Below are positions 1 to 11,728 of a DNA stretch of 64,000 nt, in pieces. Each line of letters starts with the position of its first letter. Positions within the stretch are counted from its first letter, which is position 1. Location: assembly GCA_051294375.1 (NCBI GenBank), contig CM119270.1, positions 20,293,021 through 20,357,020 on the forward strand, given 5' to 3'. Source of the DNA: Paraspadella gotoi (taxonomy: Eukaryota > Animalia > Chaetognatha). The notes under the pieces are model-generated. The model was given only the letters and a program-made list of their open reading frames with translations. It was not told the origin of the DNA and ran no database searches. The position numbers and the translations under genes were made by a program.

Positions 1-1023
1 ACGGCGAAGTGAATCAGCATCGATACCGGTGAACAAAGAACAACTGTTCCATTTACTGTGAATTCGATTCCATCTAATTTTGGGTCGATTTCTCTCACTA
101 CGCGGCGCTGTGAAATTATTTTCCGTGAAAGAAATGAAAAAACAAAAGATATTTTTTTAGACTTATTATCTTATTATTATCTTATTATCTTATTATCCCT
201 TAAAATGTCATGCGTTATAACAAAGAAATTACATATAATAACATCATATATATATCAATATTTTTTATTTGATATCGCGATTTATAGTATGTTTTATCGT
301 GTGTTTTATTGATTCGAACGTTATAAATTGTAAAATGGACTTCCAACAAGACAGATATCGTTGTTTTATCATGTACGGTAAACAATTCATTCATAACCAG
401 TCTAAAAACAAAAACAAAACTGGCACCTTACCCCTTGCATTCGATCTTTTAGCTATTTAATTTTCAAAAAATATCTTTATTTCATCTAATTATGGAGAAA
501 AAGAAAGTCGAAATAATTTCAATCTCCGGATGTGTAGACGTTGCCTATATTTCCAAAAGACAACACAAATATCCTTTATTATTGATTATTTATTTATTTA
601 TATTTAGATTATTTTATATAAAATATAAGTCATTTTTTTTTCAAATTCAATTTAATTTATTTATTAAATGAATGGATAATTTTTATATTGGTTGTACCAA
701 TTTCATATTAACGATGGAAATGGTTAAAAACTACAAAATGTTGCCAGTTTCATACTAAAGTTAGGTTATTGACTATTTATTATTATTAAGGTAATCTCAA
801 CTGTTTTTAAATCAACCATATAACTTAATCAACCAATAAACTTAACTTACCATTCAAAAGTAAACAAACCTACCACTTCAAGCGTCCACTTATTCTTAAC
901 TCATTCTCATTGTCATTGTCATTGTCATTCTCATTATCAATTTCATTGTCATTGTCATTATAATTGTCATTCTTAAACTATAATCGTTCTATTTCACCCC
1001 CTCGGCTTTCGTCACTCAACCGT

Positions 1024-1049
1024 ATCTCTGTCTCTCTCTCCTCCTCTCT

Positions 1050-1119
<70 letters not shown>

Positions 1120-1463
1120 TCTCTCTCTCTCTCTAAACAAAACAACATCTCTCCCCCCACTTTGCGTCCGATCAATTGGCACCCCTCCGTCCGTCCGCGC
1201 CTGCACCTCTGCCTGCTCCTCATAACCCCTTCCCCCCTCTCTCCCTTAAAATCTACGCACCTTTTCTTCTTCCCTGAATAGCGTCTCTCCTCCTCTTTCT
1301 CTCCTCTCTCTCTCTCTCTCTCTCCCTCTCCTCTCTCTCTCTCTCTCTTTCTCTCTCTGTGTGTGTCTCTCTCTCTCTCTCTTTCAAGCGTTTGAAATTG
1401 ATGAAAAGAATTTTGTCGTTAAGGGAACAAAAGACTCGTGCGGTAAACAAGTTTATCAGAGCG

Positions 1464-1531
<68 letters not shown>

Positions 1532-1552
1532 AGAGAGAGAAGAGAGAGAGAG
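1024..1552. repeat. (CT)n tracts followed by a (GA)n tract
   Basis: Directly visible: CT at 1024-1135 and 1283-1382, GA at 1466-1552. Confidence 0.95.
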
Positions 1553-1650
1553 AATGGAAGGGTTTGAGAAGCAGAAGCGGCTTAAGGGTCCAACCTTTCA
1601 TCAAAAGAAAGAAAAAAAAAGCGTCAGATGTTATTTTAATTATCACCAGC

Positions 1651-1673
1651 GTTTTTTTTCTTTTTAGGTGAGT
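1651..1673 (+). other. Juxtaposed 3'/5' splice site (ratchet-point-like AG|GT)
   Basis: gttttttttctttttag|GTGAGT, with a branch-like ttttaat at 1634-1640. Confidence 0.4.
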
Positions 1674-2441
1674 ATTTGTTCTAAAAGTTGAATTAGTTTC
1701 TGGTCTTTCATTCATTGACGCTGCAATAATGAAGCCTTTGTTTCATTTTTTATCCTAAATTTATTTTTTATTTTTACATTGAGTGTTTTTTGGTCTTCAA
1801 TGATAAAAGCTAAGACATTCGACAAAGATTACAGACAAAAAAATTGTTTTCAAATTTAATCCAAACCAAAAATGTCAAAACAACGAAAATTTCAAAACAA
1901 AACAAATTTAATCCAAACCAAAAATATCAGAGACATATACATGAACTTTTATTTTTATTTCCTTTAAGAATCAATTTGTAGATAAGACGCTAAAGTGGGT
2001 CTTAAAAGAGCGATCTGCAACTTCCTTAACCCACTCTAGCAGCCATGGAACGGGTCCAGCGCTCGGAAGCAGGCTTGAGCCACGTCTTCAGTTTTCCTCT
2101 TGTTTTCCACGACTTCAAGGCAGTTTGCGTCCGTCCTCACGCTTTCTACAGGGTAGCTACCATTGGGGATCTATCCCGGTACTTAATAGTCAATACTGAA
2201 TGAGCCATTGCAATATCCAACTTTATGCTGCAGTGAATTTGTGGTCATATGATCGTTTTATACAATTGATACATGTGATCATTATACCTTACACTTTTTA
2301 CTAAATATGATCTTACATGATGGAGTATTATTACCCGAATTATCTGACTGCCACGGTTTCACGGCTAGAGGTTGTCACGGTGTCTAGGCACGCGGGTGTC
2401 ACGGTGTCACAATTTCTCTAGCGTCGGGTTTATTTTTCCTC

Positions 2442-2772
2442 AGGCGTGACGGCGTCAGTGGCAGTCGATGGCGTAAAAATGGCGTAAAATGGCGTCAGAT
2501 GGCGATTTTGGCGTGACTGACGCCGAAATCGTAATTTCCATCTCGTTTTTTTCTTAGTCCAACGAATTTGAAAAAGAAAAGAAAAATCTTTTCCGATAAA
2601 AATCGAAAAAAATAAAAAGAGATTCGCCACGCGCGAGATGTTGTTGTTGTTGTCGTTGTTTTTTCGGTTGGAATCGATTTAATCGATAACGAGGTTGAGT
2701 TGTTTTTCTCTTTGTGAGGCCAAAATGGAATGAGGGGGGCGGAGGGGGGCGGAGGGGGGCGGAAGGGGGAGG
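2442..2772. promoter_or_regulatory. CpG-rich promoter/PRE-like region: phased ATGGCG (YY1/Pho-type) cluster and GC boxes
   Basis: ATGGCG occurs at 2468, 2479, 2489 and 2499, twice as AAAATGGCG. Three tandem GAGGGGGGCG units lie at 2731-2762. The region is about 3 kb upstream of the Ser exon, with GAGA tracts at 1024-1552. Confidence 0.35.
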
Positions 2773-4048
2773 CACGATCTTGCGAAGGGAGGGAAGAGAG
2801 TTTGTTTACGTTTTTAATGTTTCGACGGTCGACGGAACCGTAATCCCGGTTCTGGATCCATTGATGTCCCAAACTGCGGGGTCTCGCGTCAGCTGGGACC
2901 CTCGAAGCTTTCATGGACCGGACCCAGCCCTCTTTTTGTGACCCATCGGGCGCGGAGGGGGAAGGGCCGAACCTTTTCTCCGGGCCACTCGGGGCGTGAA
3001 AGCCTCTTTATTTTAGATTTTGAAAGAGGAAGAAGTTCTAAGCCCGGTCCCGCCCTTACGGTTCGGAAATTGGCTAACAATCGCCGTGGGCCTTTTGTTC
3101 GCCTTTTTTAAATAAATATATATATCTGGATTTTGATCTTTTGTTCTTTTTATTAAGTTTTTGTTTATCACTCGATCGATCGTGATTCGTTATACTTTGC
3201 AAATTTTTGGTCTCTGATTTACGTTTCATTTAGGCTTTTGTTTTGTTTTGTTTTGTTATTTTTTTTAGCCTAATCAATTTGAAAAGTTTGTTGTTAAACT
3301 GTTGCGCAGCTGTGCACAAGGATAACGAAACTGTTGTGAGGTTTTTCGATGTCAGAATTTTGGTAATGTGGCTAATCCTACATTACCCTCTTGTTTAGCT
3401 TGATAAAACTCAGCTCGTCCCGTGCGATTCCCTCACTGTCACGTTGAATAAGATTGATAAAACATATAAACATGCCAGTGGCAGGAATGGTCAGTGTTCA
3501 CTGCAAGTCCATGCTCCTCAGTGCTCATTGTTCCCTTTTCTCTTTTTTCGTCATTTTCTCCTTACGAAATTTAATTGGACTCCCAAAAAATATTTTGCAG
3601 TGAAATAATCTTTTCATTCAGGAGAAGAAAATAGATTTAATTCTTCATCTATTTTATTCTTTCATTAATCCTTTGTTCAAATGTTTATTTCATCAAAATA
3701 ATAAGGGGAAAATCTGTTTTTCAATTGTCTGTCAATTTTTATCCCACTTTTCGTTACTTTGTACGTAAATTTACTAACCCCTTATTGTGCAGTGACATTC
3801 TCTTTCAGAAAAAAAAATTGCAGATGATCGAAGTTTCCAACGAGATCGATTCTGGCATCAAAGGTTTAGGACAATGCAATGATCAATTGAATTCAATTAT
3901 CTAATCAAAGAGCTGAAAAATGTGAAATCTTCTTAGCGATTATTTTACTATGACGAGGACGACGAAGATAAAAAAAGTTATAATTTACCTCAAAAAAGGT
4001 AAAAAAAGGAATTTAAACATAACATCCTAACTTGTTTCTGCCGTCTTT

Positions 4049-4231
4049 GTCGTCGTCGTCTTTGTCATCATCATTGTCGTCGTCGTCGTCATCGTCGACG
4101 TCGTCATCGTCATTGTCGTTCGGTGTTCGATCGATGGACGGAATCGAGTCATCGTCGTCGTCGTAGTAGTAGTAGTAGTAGTAGTAGTAGTATAGTAGTA
4201 GTAGTAGTAGTAGTAGCAGTAGTAGTAGTAT

Positions 4232-4266
<35 letters not shown>
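4049..4266. repeat. (GTC)n and (TAG)n trinucleotide microsatellites
   Basis: Directly visible. Confidence 0.95.
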
Positions 4267-4800
4267 ATTGTCGTTTATGTTGTTTTCTTTTTTATTTTTG
4301 TTACCGCTTATTTTTTGTTTTAGTAATTATTCTCTTGGTGGTAGTATATATAGTAGTAAATAGTATGAAATCGGTACAACCAATATAAAAATTATCCATT
4401 CAGTTAATAAACAAACTATCTTGCCCCTGACTTTGGACAGGCTTTGGTGGTTTAAAGTATAGTATTTAGTATATAATTTATTGTTTATAGTATAGTTTAT
4501 AGAAGTATATATGTAGTATAAATCTCGTTCAATATAGTTGTCTTCTTTCTTTTGTTCTCGGTTCATTGAATGGTCGTCATCGTCGTCGTCGTCTTCATTG
4601 TCGTCGCTGTCGCCCCTCACCCTCTGACCTTCACTTCCCCATTTCCCCATTTTAGGATCTCCTTTCTTCAACTTGGTCATCGTCATCGTCGTAGTCGTCT
4701 TTCGTCTTCATCGGATTGTTTGAGTGCGTTTAGGTGCGTTTTTGGTTTTCAACCCTAATTTTCCTCAAAATGGCCAATGGCGTTTCCTCTCCTCTCTCAT

Positions 4801-4832
<32 letters not shown>

Positions 4833-5573
4833 ATCTCTCATCTCTCTCTCTCTCTCTCTCCTCTCATCATCTCTCTATCTCTCCTCCTCCATCTCAAAAA
4901 GTCTGGATTTTCCAAGTGCCTCTTCCGTTTTTCTCCCTTTCCTCCATCCTATATCGCATCCTTCAATTGTTTTTCCTGCCTCCTCCTATTACCCTTTCCT
5001 CCTCCTCTCTCGACCTCCTCCTCCTCCTCTTCCTCTTCCTCCTCCTCTCATCTTTTCGGAGGACGACGCGCTTCGGGCCCCATCATCATTTTGAGTCCTC
5101 GTCATCGTCGTCATCGTCGTTTTCGTCGTTATCGTCGTCGCGTGTTCGACTAAATCCCTCGAATTTAAAAAAAGGTTTACGGACTCATCAAAGTAAAAAA
5201 AAAAAAATAGTAAAATAAATAAATACGCAAATACTTTTTTTTCTGAAAAAATAAATAAATTCTCTCACTCGGAATTATTTTTCGTTTTTTCTCTTCAAAA
5301 TTATTTCACCCACGGAAAACAAAAACAAAACAAAAAAAATTCGTTCGCTCGTTTCCCGCTTACAATTTCACGAACTCGGACTTATAAACGAACACAATTT
5401 GAAGGGGAAAATAAATAAATACAAATACTGACGAAAATAAAAATAAATGTTGCGATAAAATTTCCGCATATTTGAAAAATTTTTATTAAAAAAAAAACCT
5501 ACAAAAAAAACACTGATTTTCTTTATAAATTCCTATTTTTTCGAAAAGAAAAAAGAAAAAAAATATTTCCGGA

Positions 5574-5603
5574 TTTTTCTTTTTTTTCTCTCGGCGCCGA
5601 TAG
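5574..5603 (+). other. Candidate 3' splice acceptor upstream of the Ser-like exon
   Basis: T-rich tract tttttcttttttttctctc followed by gatag at 5599-5603. Composition switches abruptly from AT-rich to GC-rich here and the coding frame is open from 5605. Confidence 0.4.
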
Positions 5604-5646
5604 ACCCGCCTCTCTCTATCTCGGCGTCATTCTCCCCGAAGGCGTC

Positions 5647-6600
5647 ATGACTTTCGCGGCCGCCGCCGCCGCCGCCGCCGCCGACCCCGCCGCTCTCAAT
5701 CTCGGCGCCGTTCGACGCCGCAAACCCTCCTCCGGTTCCAACCGGCGCCGTCGACTTTCGACGCCGGAATCGATGGAATCGACGACAACAACAAAATCAA
5801 CAACCGGCGCCGAATCGACGCCGCTCGAGTTGGTTTCCATAACGGTCGCCGTCGTCTCGGCCATTGGCTCTGCAAATCAGCACCGTTGCGGCGCCAATGA
5901 AGACCGGATCTCCGGTGCCGAAGAGAATCGACTTCTCGGCCTCTCTCCTTCCTCTACGACGACAACGACAACAGCAACGACAACAACAACAACGCGTAAC
6001 GCCAGTCTCAGCCTTCGATCTCACTCCGCACCAATCGCATCTCGACGCCGGAGTCGGCCTTTTGACTTTGCCGACTCTGCCGACGCAGCCACCGACTTTG
6101 CCGACGAAGTCATCGACTCTACCGACAACGCCGCCTTAAACTCGCCCGCCAGTGCCGACCTTTCCTCGTCCAAACTCTCTCACCCTCTCTCGCCGCCTCG
6201 CTTTCTTCCTCGGCTTCGTCTCTCCTCTACCCTCTTCCTCCCTCTCTTCCTCCTCCTCCTTCTCCCTTCCTCTTCCGCCTCCGGTTACTTCGAGCTGCAG
6301 ATCCTCAGAGTCCTCAATCCCAACGGACGCCTCTCCAACGGCTCCTGCTGCGACGGAGGCAGCCCTGACGCCGCTGACGCCACCATCCCTTGTCCGGCGA
6401 CCGATCAGTGCGACTCTTACGCCTTCGTCTGTCTCATGGAATATCAGGGCGGCGCCGCTGAAGCCGGCGGCGTCGCTGGGAGAAACCGGCGCTGTTCGTT
6501 CGGAAACGCGACCACGCCGGTGCTGGGACCGAACGTCTTCGCCTTTGACGGAGGAGAGGAAGTTGGGAGGGTGAGGCTGCCCTTTCAATTCGCCTGGACG
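5647..6600 (+). CDS. Ser: Serrate/Jagged-family Notch ligand, N-terminal coding exon (low-complexity leader, signal peptide, MNNL/C2 domain); partial gene
   Basis: The translation contains a hydrophobic stretch TLFLPLFLLLLLPSSSA followed by SGYFELQILRVLNPNGRLSNGSCCDG...CDSYAFVCLMEYQ...CSFGNATTPVLG...VRLPFQFAWT, the conserved MNNL pattern. CLxEYQ, CSFGNATT and F-x-W-T resemble Serrate/Jagged rather than Delta (CLKHYQ). The frame reaches ACG|GTGAGT at 6600/6601, a phase-0 donor where JAG1 exon 2 also ends (after FAWP). The start codon is uncertain: the only in-frame ATGs before the domain are 5647 and 5773, and an upstream exon is possible. Confidence 0.92.
6214..6279 (+). other. Signal peptide hydrophobic core and predicted cleavage region of the Notch ligand
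   Basis: Encodes LRLSSTLFLPLFLLLLLPSSSA immediately before SGYFELQ (S codon at 6280). Small residues sit at -3/-1 and basic residues precede the core. Confidence 0.75.
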
Positions 6601-6606
6601 GTGAGT
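6601..6606 (+). other. 5' splice donor opening a large intron of the Ser-like gene
   Basis: GTGAGT follows the FAWT codons directly. Homology ends here and a purine-rich repeat follows. Confidence 0.9.
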
Positions 6607-6610
6607 TTCG

Positions 6611-6710
6611 TGGGTGAGGGATAGCGAAGGAGGGTAAGGGATAGAAATGGAGGGTGAGGGATAGAAAAGGAGGATGAGGGATAGAAAAGGAGGATGGGAG
6701 ATAGTGAAGG
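6611..6710 (+). repeat. 20-bp purine-rich minisatellite, 5 copies
   Basis: Units like agggtgagggatagaaaagg start at 6611, 6631, 6651, 6671 and 6691. Confidence 0.85.
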
Positions 6711-6740
6711 AGTTTGTCAAGACAGAGAGTTCGAGGAGAG

Positions 6741-6775
6741 TTTTGGGGGTTTTGGGGGTTTTGGGGGTTTTGGGG
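6741..6775 (+). repeat. (TTTTGGGGG)x4 G-run repeat, potential G-quadruplex
   Basis: Four G-tracts (G5, G5, G5, G4) separated by T4. Confidence 0.85.
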
Positions 6776-7287
6776 TGAGGGATTGTTGGAAAGGGCGATA
6801 GACGTTTAGGGGACGATTTAATATTTAATATGCAAATTAAAAACAAATCGTTAAATTTGCCGCAATTTTAATTATTGAAGAGCAATGTAACTATTTTCTA
6901 ACCGTAAATTCTGCGAAATCAAGAAAACTTCATTTGTTTTTTAAATGTTATTTTAAATATTTTACGAAAGAGTAGAGATTTTAGCTTAAAATTGTGTAAT
7001 AAATCGGACGCGGACTTTTCTGGGTTTATATTTCGATTTTCCCAAAATGGTAATCACGTCTAATTTCTCTTTTTCTCATCACGCACACGAACACTAACAA
7101 GCCTCGTTTTCACATCTCAAAGGTGTAAATGTTTTCTCTCTTGTTTTTTTTTCTGTTTCGTGTGTTTCTTTTTTTTTGTGATCGGATGATCGGGACGAGT
7201 TTTTTCACGACTTCGAATACAACTCACTTTTTTTAAATGTTATTTGGAGGGAAATCGTGTCAAAGTTTTTAATGAGTGAGAGAGAGA

Positions 7288-7333
<46 letters not shown>

Positions 7334-7753
7334 GAAACAAAGGCCGTGTGACTGAGCTTTAATGACTCTGTCCCCCGGGGAGAAGAGACGGAAAGAATCG
7401 GAGATTCGACATTTCCTAGATTTCGATTTTCGACGTCGTCGTACAGTTTAGTCACCCAATTTTTTTTCGCTGAAGTATTTACTACGAATGGTACAGTTTC
7501 GTCACCCGAATTGTGTTAAAGTTTGTTTTTTTTAATCTGCTCTTAGAATTTATTTGGTTGAGCTTCCGAATTTCTAAACGAACGAAGTTTACGAATCAAT
7601 AGAAATACTGGATGCGAATTTTGGGTCCATATAAAAAGGGAAAGTGTAAACTCGGATGGGTCATGGATGATCCACAGGATGGGACCCACCCCGTGGCCGG
7701 ATGGGCTCATTTCGACCGCAACGACAGAGCGTGGAATCGATTTGACTCTCGAC

Positions 7754-7835
<82 letters not shown>

Positions 7836-8104
7836 TTTAGCATTAAAAAATATAAAAAAAACCATTTCTAGATTTAACAAGACGAACTCTCGAATCCGTG
7901 GGAAGAAAAACTGAGAAAAAAGAAAGAAAAAAAAAAAAAGAAAAAAGGAAAAAGTGTAAAAGAAAAAATTGAAGATTTTTATTTATCGTTTGACACGATC
8001 CTCTTTTTCGAGAAAGAAAGAGTGAGATTTTGAGAGAGAGAAGAGAGAGAGAGAGAGCGAAGAGAGAGAGAGACGAGAGAGAGCGAGAGAGAGAGAGAGA
8101 GAGT

Positions 8105-8146
<42 letters not shown>

Positions 8147-8391
8147 TCTGGGAAATCCATTCGGTTCATTAACTTCGACGTCGAAGATTCTTATGATGTT
8201 CATAACGAAGCAGCTGATGTCGTTGTTGTTGTTATTTTACTTTTTCTTTTAAATATAAATAATTAAATTTTTCGAATTTAGGATTGCTAATGTTTGGGAA
8301 AGAACCAGCTTTGTTTCTCATCAAATTATTTGGTTGAGACAATAGATGTCTTAACAAGGACATTCAGTCCGGAAGATTTTGACTCGGAAGT

Positions 8392-8453
8392 GTCGTCGTC
8401 GTCGTCGTCGTCGTCGTCGTTCGTCATCGTTCGTCGTCGTCGTCGTTCGTCGT

Positions 8454-8500
<47 letters not shown>
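8392..8500. repeat. (GTC)n microsatellite
   Basis: Directly visible. Confidence 0.95.
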
Positions 8501-10521
8501 TTTAATGTTTCTTGTCATGACCCAAAATGTTCCCAGTTTCGATTTTCCATTTTAAGGATTTCGATTCATTAAAAATCCCCGGTCATCTCGATTGATGACA
8601 GCGACGACGAGAACGATGACGACGACGACGACGACGATGACATCTCTCTCCCTCTCTCTCTCTCTCTCTCCCTCTCTCTTTTCGATTTAAGACTTCCGTT
8701 TCGATTCCAGGATAATGAATATGAGCCAAGTTTCTTTCGCATTGAACCTCGAATTTCTAGATTTCAAAATCCGTTTCTCTTTTTTATATTTAAAAAAAAT
8801 ATTTTTTTTATAAATTTAATTATTTTTCTATTATCTAATTTTTTAAAATTTGATTTTTTTCATATATTTTTTATAATTCAAATTTTATATATTTTATATC
8901 TAAATTTCATAAAAAATCTTAGAATCCGTAAATCGCTAATTCTATACGTCGTAACCCGACATAATCTCAACTTCATTTCCTCAATAAAACATTTTAAAGA
9001 GCGAAGGATGATTCAGCTGATCCTTTTCGCTGAACCCAAGTGATCAGGTCAAGCGCGGGAAATGTTGGGGTCAGGCCGCGCCACAGCATGGTGGACTGCG
9101 GCATGGCATTACGCAGCATTGCAATTTACAGCATCGCGGTATGCTGCATTCCGGTTTGGATCATTTTTGAGACGCAGATAATTATCTTTTTATATTTAAT
9201 TTNNNNNNNNNNNNNNNNNNNNNNNNNNNNNNNNNNNNNNNNNNNNNNNNNNNNNNNNNNNNNNNNNNNNNNNNNNNNNNNNNNNNNNNNNNNNNNNNNN
9301 NNNNNNNNNNNNNNNNNNNNNNNNNNNNNNNNNNNNNNNNNNNNNNNNNNNNNNNNNNNNNNNNNNNNNNNNNNNNNNNNNNNNNNNNNNNNNNNNNNNN
9401 NNNNNNNNNNNNNNNNNNNNNNNNNNNNNNNNNNNNNNNNNNNNNNNNNNNNNNNNNNNNNNNNNNNNNNNNNNNNNNNNNNNNNNNNNNNNNNNNNNNN
9501 NNNNNNNNNNNNNNNNNNNNNNNNNNNNNNNNNNNNNNNNNNNNNNNNNNNNNNNNNNNNNNNNNNNNNNNNNNNNNNNNNNNNNNNNNNNNCTCTCCAC
9601 CGGCAATGGTCCCCTTAATTTCGAGTCCTTAATCTTGAAATCCGTCGAGTAAAAGGGAAAGGATTAACCCTCACCGCCTTACCTTCCTCGATCCAAAGCG
9701 AGAACTTACCTCCGAGAAAGTCTCTCGATTCTCCGCCGCATTAACTCTGCTATTTCCTCGTTCGTCTTTAAAGAGGGTGAGGCTTCTTCCGGAGAACTTA
9801 CCCTTTCGAGAATTCGGTGATTAAACAACGTTTTCACGGATAGACCGAGACAGCATGGAGAGATATTGAGTCCGGATCTTGGCTGAAATAACGAGTCTTA
9901 TTCTTTCCCTTCCCCCCTTTTTCCCNNNNNNNNNNNNNNNNNNNNNNNNNNNNNNNNNNNNNNNNNNNNNNNNNNNNNNNNNNNNNNNNNNNNNNNNNNN
10001 NNNNNNNNNNNNNNNNNNNNNNNNNNNNNNNNNNNNNNNNNNNNNNNNNNNNNNNNNNNNNNNNNGTAAAGAAGATTATCTTTTCCGTCATCTTAAATAA
10101 CTGACGTTGACTTGAGCAAATTCTTGGCTGGTTGTGAGATTTTCTTTTACGCTAAAGCAAGCAGAAGAGCGAAAAAGCTTGCCGCTAAACGAAATGCTTT
10201 GTATATTGTGTCGATTAGTGTATAAATTGACGTTGAAACATAACAATCAAAAAATCTTCGAGTTAACCTAAAGAATAAATGTGCCACATGCGTTAATGAG
10301 TCTAACGTTTCTCTTGTGCTAATGAGTCGAATGCGGTTCGATTCTAAGACGCTAAATCCCTGCGTGGATTTTCACGAGTCAAATCTTGGCACCAACATTA
10401 TTTTTCGCGCCGCACGTGGAATCAGGGCGCGTCGTCGTCGTCGTCGTCGTCCTCGTCGTCGTCGTCGTCGTCGAGGGATAAAATATGCACGAATCTTTGG
10501 AGTTTCGAAGAAACTTTTCGG

Positions 10522-10560
<39 letters not shown>

Positions 10561-10640
10561 GCGTTAATCCCAGGGCTTAAGCCAATCGCTCGTCTCGTCA
10601 ACCCGTCGCTTCGGTCTTCAAACTCGGACCCACGTTCCAT

Positions 10641-10765
10641 TGTTTTCTCCCCTCTGCCCACATCCTGCAGTTTCTCCCCACATCCTTCCGCTTTTCTCCA
10701 TTCTCTCCTTCCCACATCCGACTGTTTTCTCCCCACATCCGACTGTTTACTCCACACATCTTATC
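10641..10765. repeat. Degenerate ~21-bp minisatellite (gactgttttctccccacatcc)
   Basis: Recurring ccacatcc and tgttttctcc motifs. Confidence 0.7.
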
Positions 10766-11283
10766 CTTCACCACGAACCACATCTTGATACGAACTCTCA
10801 TTATTTCTCTTTTAATTACAACATCTAATTGATTTAAATGATCATCTTTATCATCGGAAGATCTAAACCCATCACTTCCCCTTCATTCTTCTCTCCCCTC
10901 TCTCCTTACCCTAACCTTACCGCGATTCAAACTCACCCTTCAACTTCCTACTTTGAGTTTTTAACGATTCTCCCTTTTTTCCGCTTCGTAGAATTCGTCA
11001 CCTTATGTCAACTTGTTTCTCTCTCTCTCTCTCTCTCTCNNNNNNNNNNNNNNNNNNNNNNNNNNNNNNNNNNNNNNNNNNNNNNNNNNNNNNNNNNNNN
11101 NNNNNNNNNNNNNNNNNNNNNNNNNNNNNNNNNNNNNNNNNNNNNNNNNNNNNNNNNNNNNNNNNNNNNNNNNNNNNNNNNNNNNNNNNNNNNNNNNNNN
11201 NNNNNNNNNNNNNNNNNNNNNNNNNNNNNNNNNNNNNNNNNNNNNNNNNNNNNNNNNNNNNNNNNNNNNNNNNNNNNNNNNNN

Positions 11284-11314
<31 letters not shown>

Positions 11315-11668
11315 AAAAGAAAACACTATCGCGCTTTTCTCTTGTACGACGCACGTGCTCAGGTTTTTATTTCTTTTATTTTTTTTCTTTTGTTTTTCTT
11401 TTTACTCCAAGTTTTTTTTCGTTTCTGTTCCAAGTTTTAAAAAAAAGGGAAACCAAAAAAAAATTAACAAGAAACAAAGAAAGTGAAAAGGAAGAAAAAA
11501 GGAAGAAAAAAAGGAAGAAAAAAGAGAAAGCGATTCCTTTTTTTTGGCCCATCGAGTGTGAATGAGGAAAAAAAAAGTTTCAAAAAAATTTCACGGTGAT
11601 TCAAATTTTCGGAGCAGCATTTTTTTGTTGGTCGCGTTGTTTTGATTAGAAATCTCTCTCTCGCTCTG

Positions 11669-11728
<60 letters not shown>

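Noticed and set aside
964-1715. Many track ORFs with poly-SL, poly-ER, poly-V/S/R/H/F or X runs, here and throughout the window
   Set aside because: They are translations of microsatellites or N gaps, with no domain content.
2030-2210. Complex-looking segment tested as ncRNA or exon
   Set aside because: No recognisable snRNA/snoRNA boxes, and the short frames on both strands resemble nothing I recognise.
6601-6624. ORF read-through VSFVGEG* giving a secreted truncated ligand
   Set aside because: A strong donor at a conserved intron position explains it, and there is no evidence for intron retention.
5616-6846. Overlapping alternative-frame and antisense ORFs across the Ser exon
   Set aside because: Shadow ORFs of a GC-rich coding exon.
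7897-7904. Su(H)/CSL site CGTGGGAA, plus TGTGAGAA/TGTGGGAA at 17628, 24007 and 24210
   Set aside because: Isolated and unpaired. Several matches are expected by chance in 64 kb, and some lie in noisy sequence.
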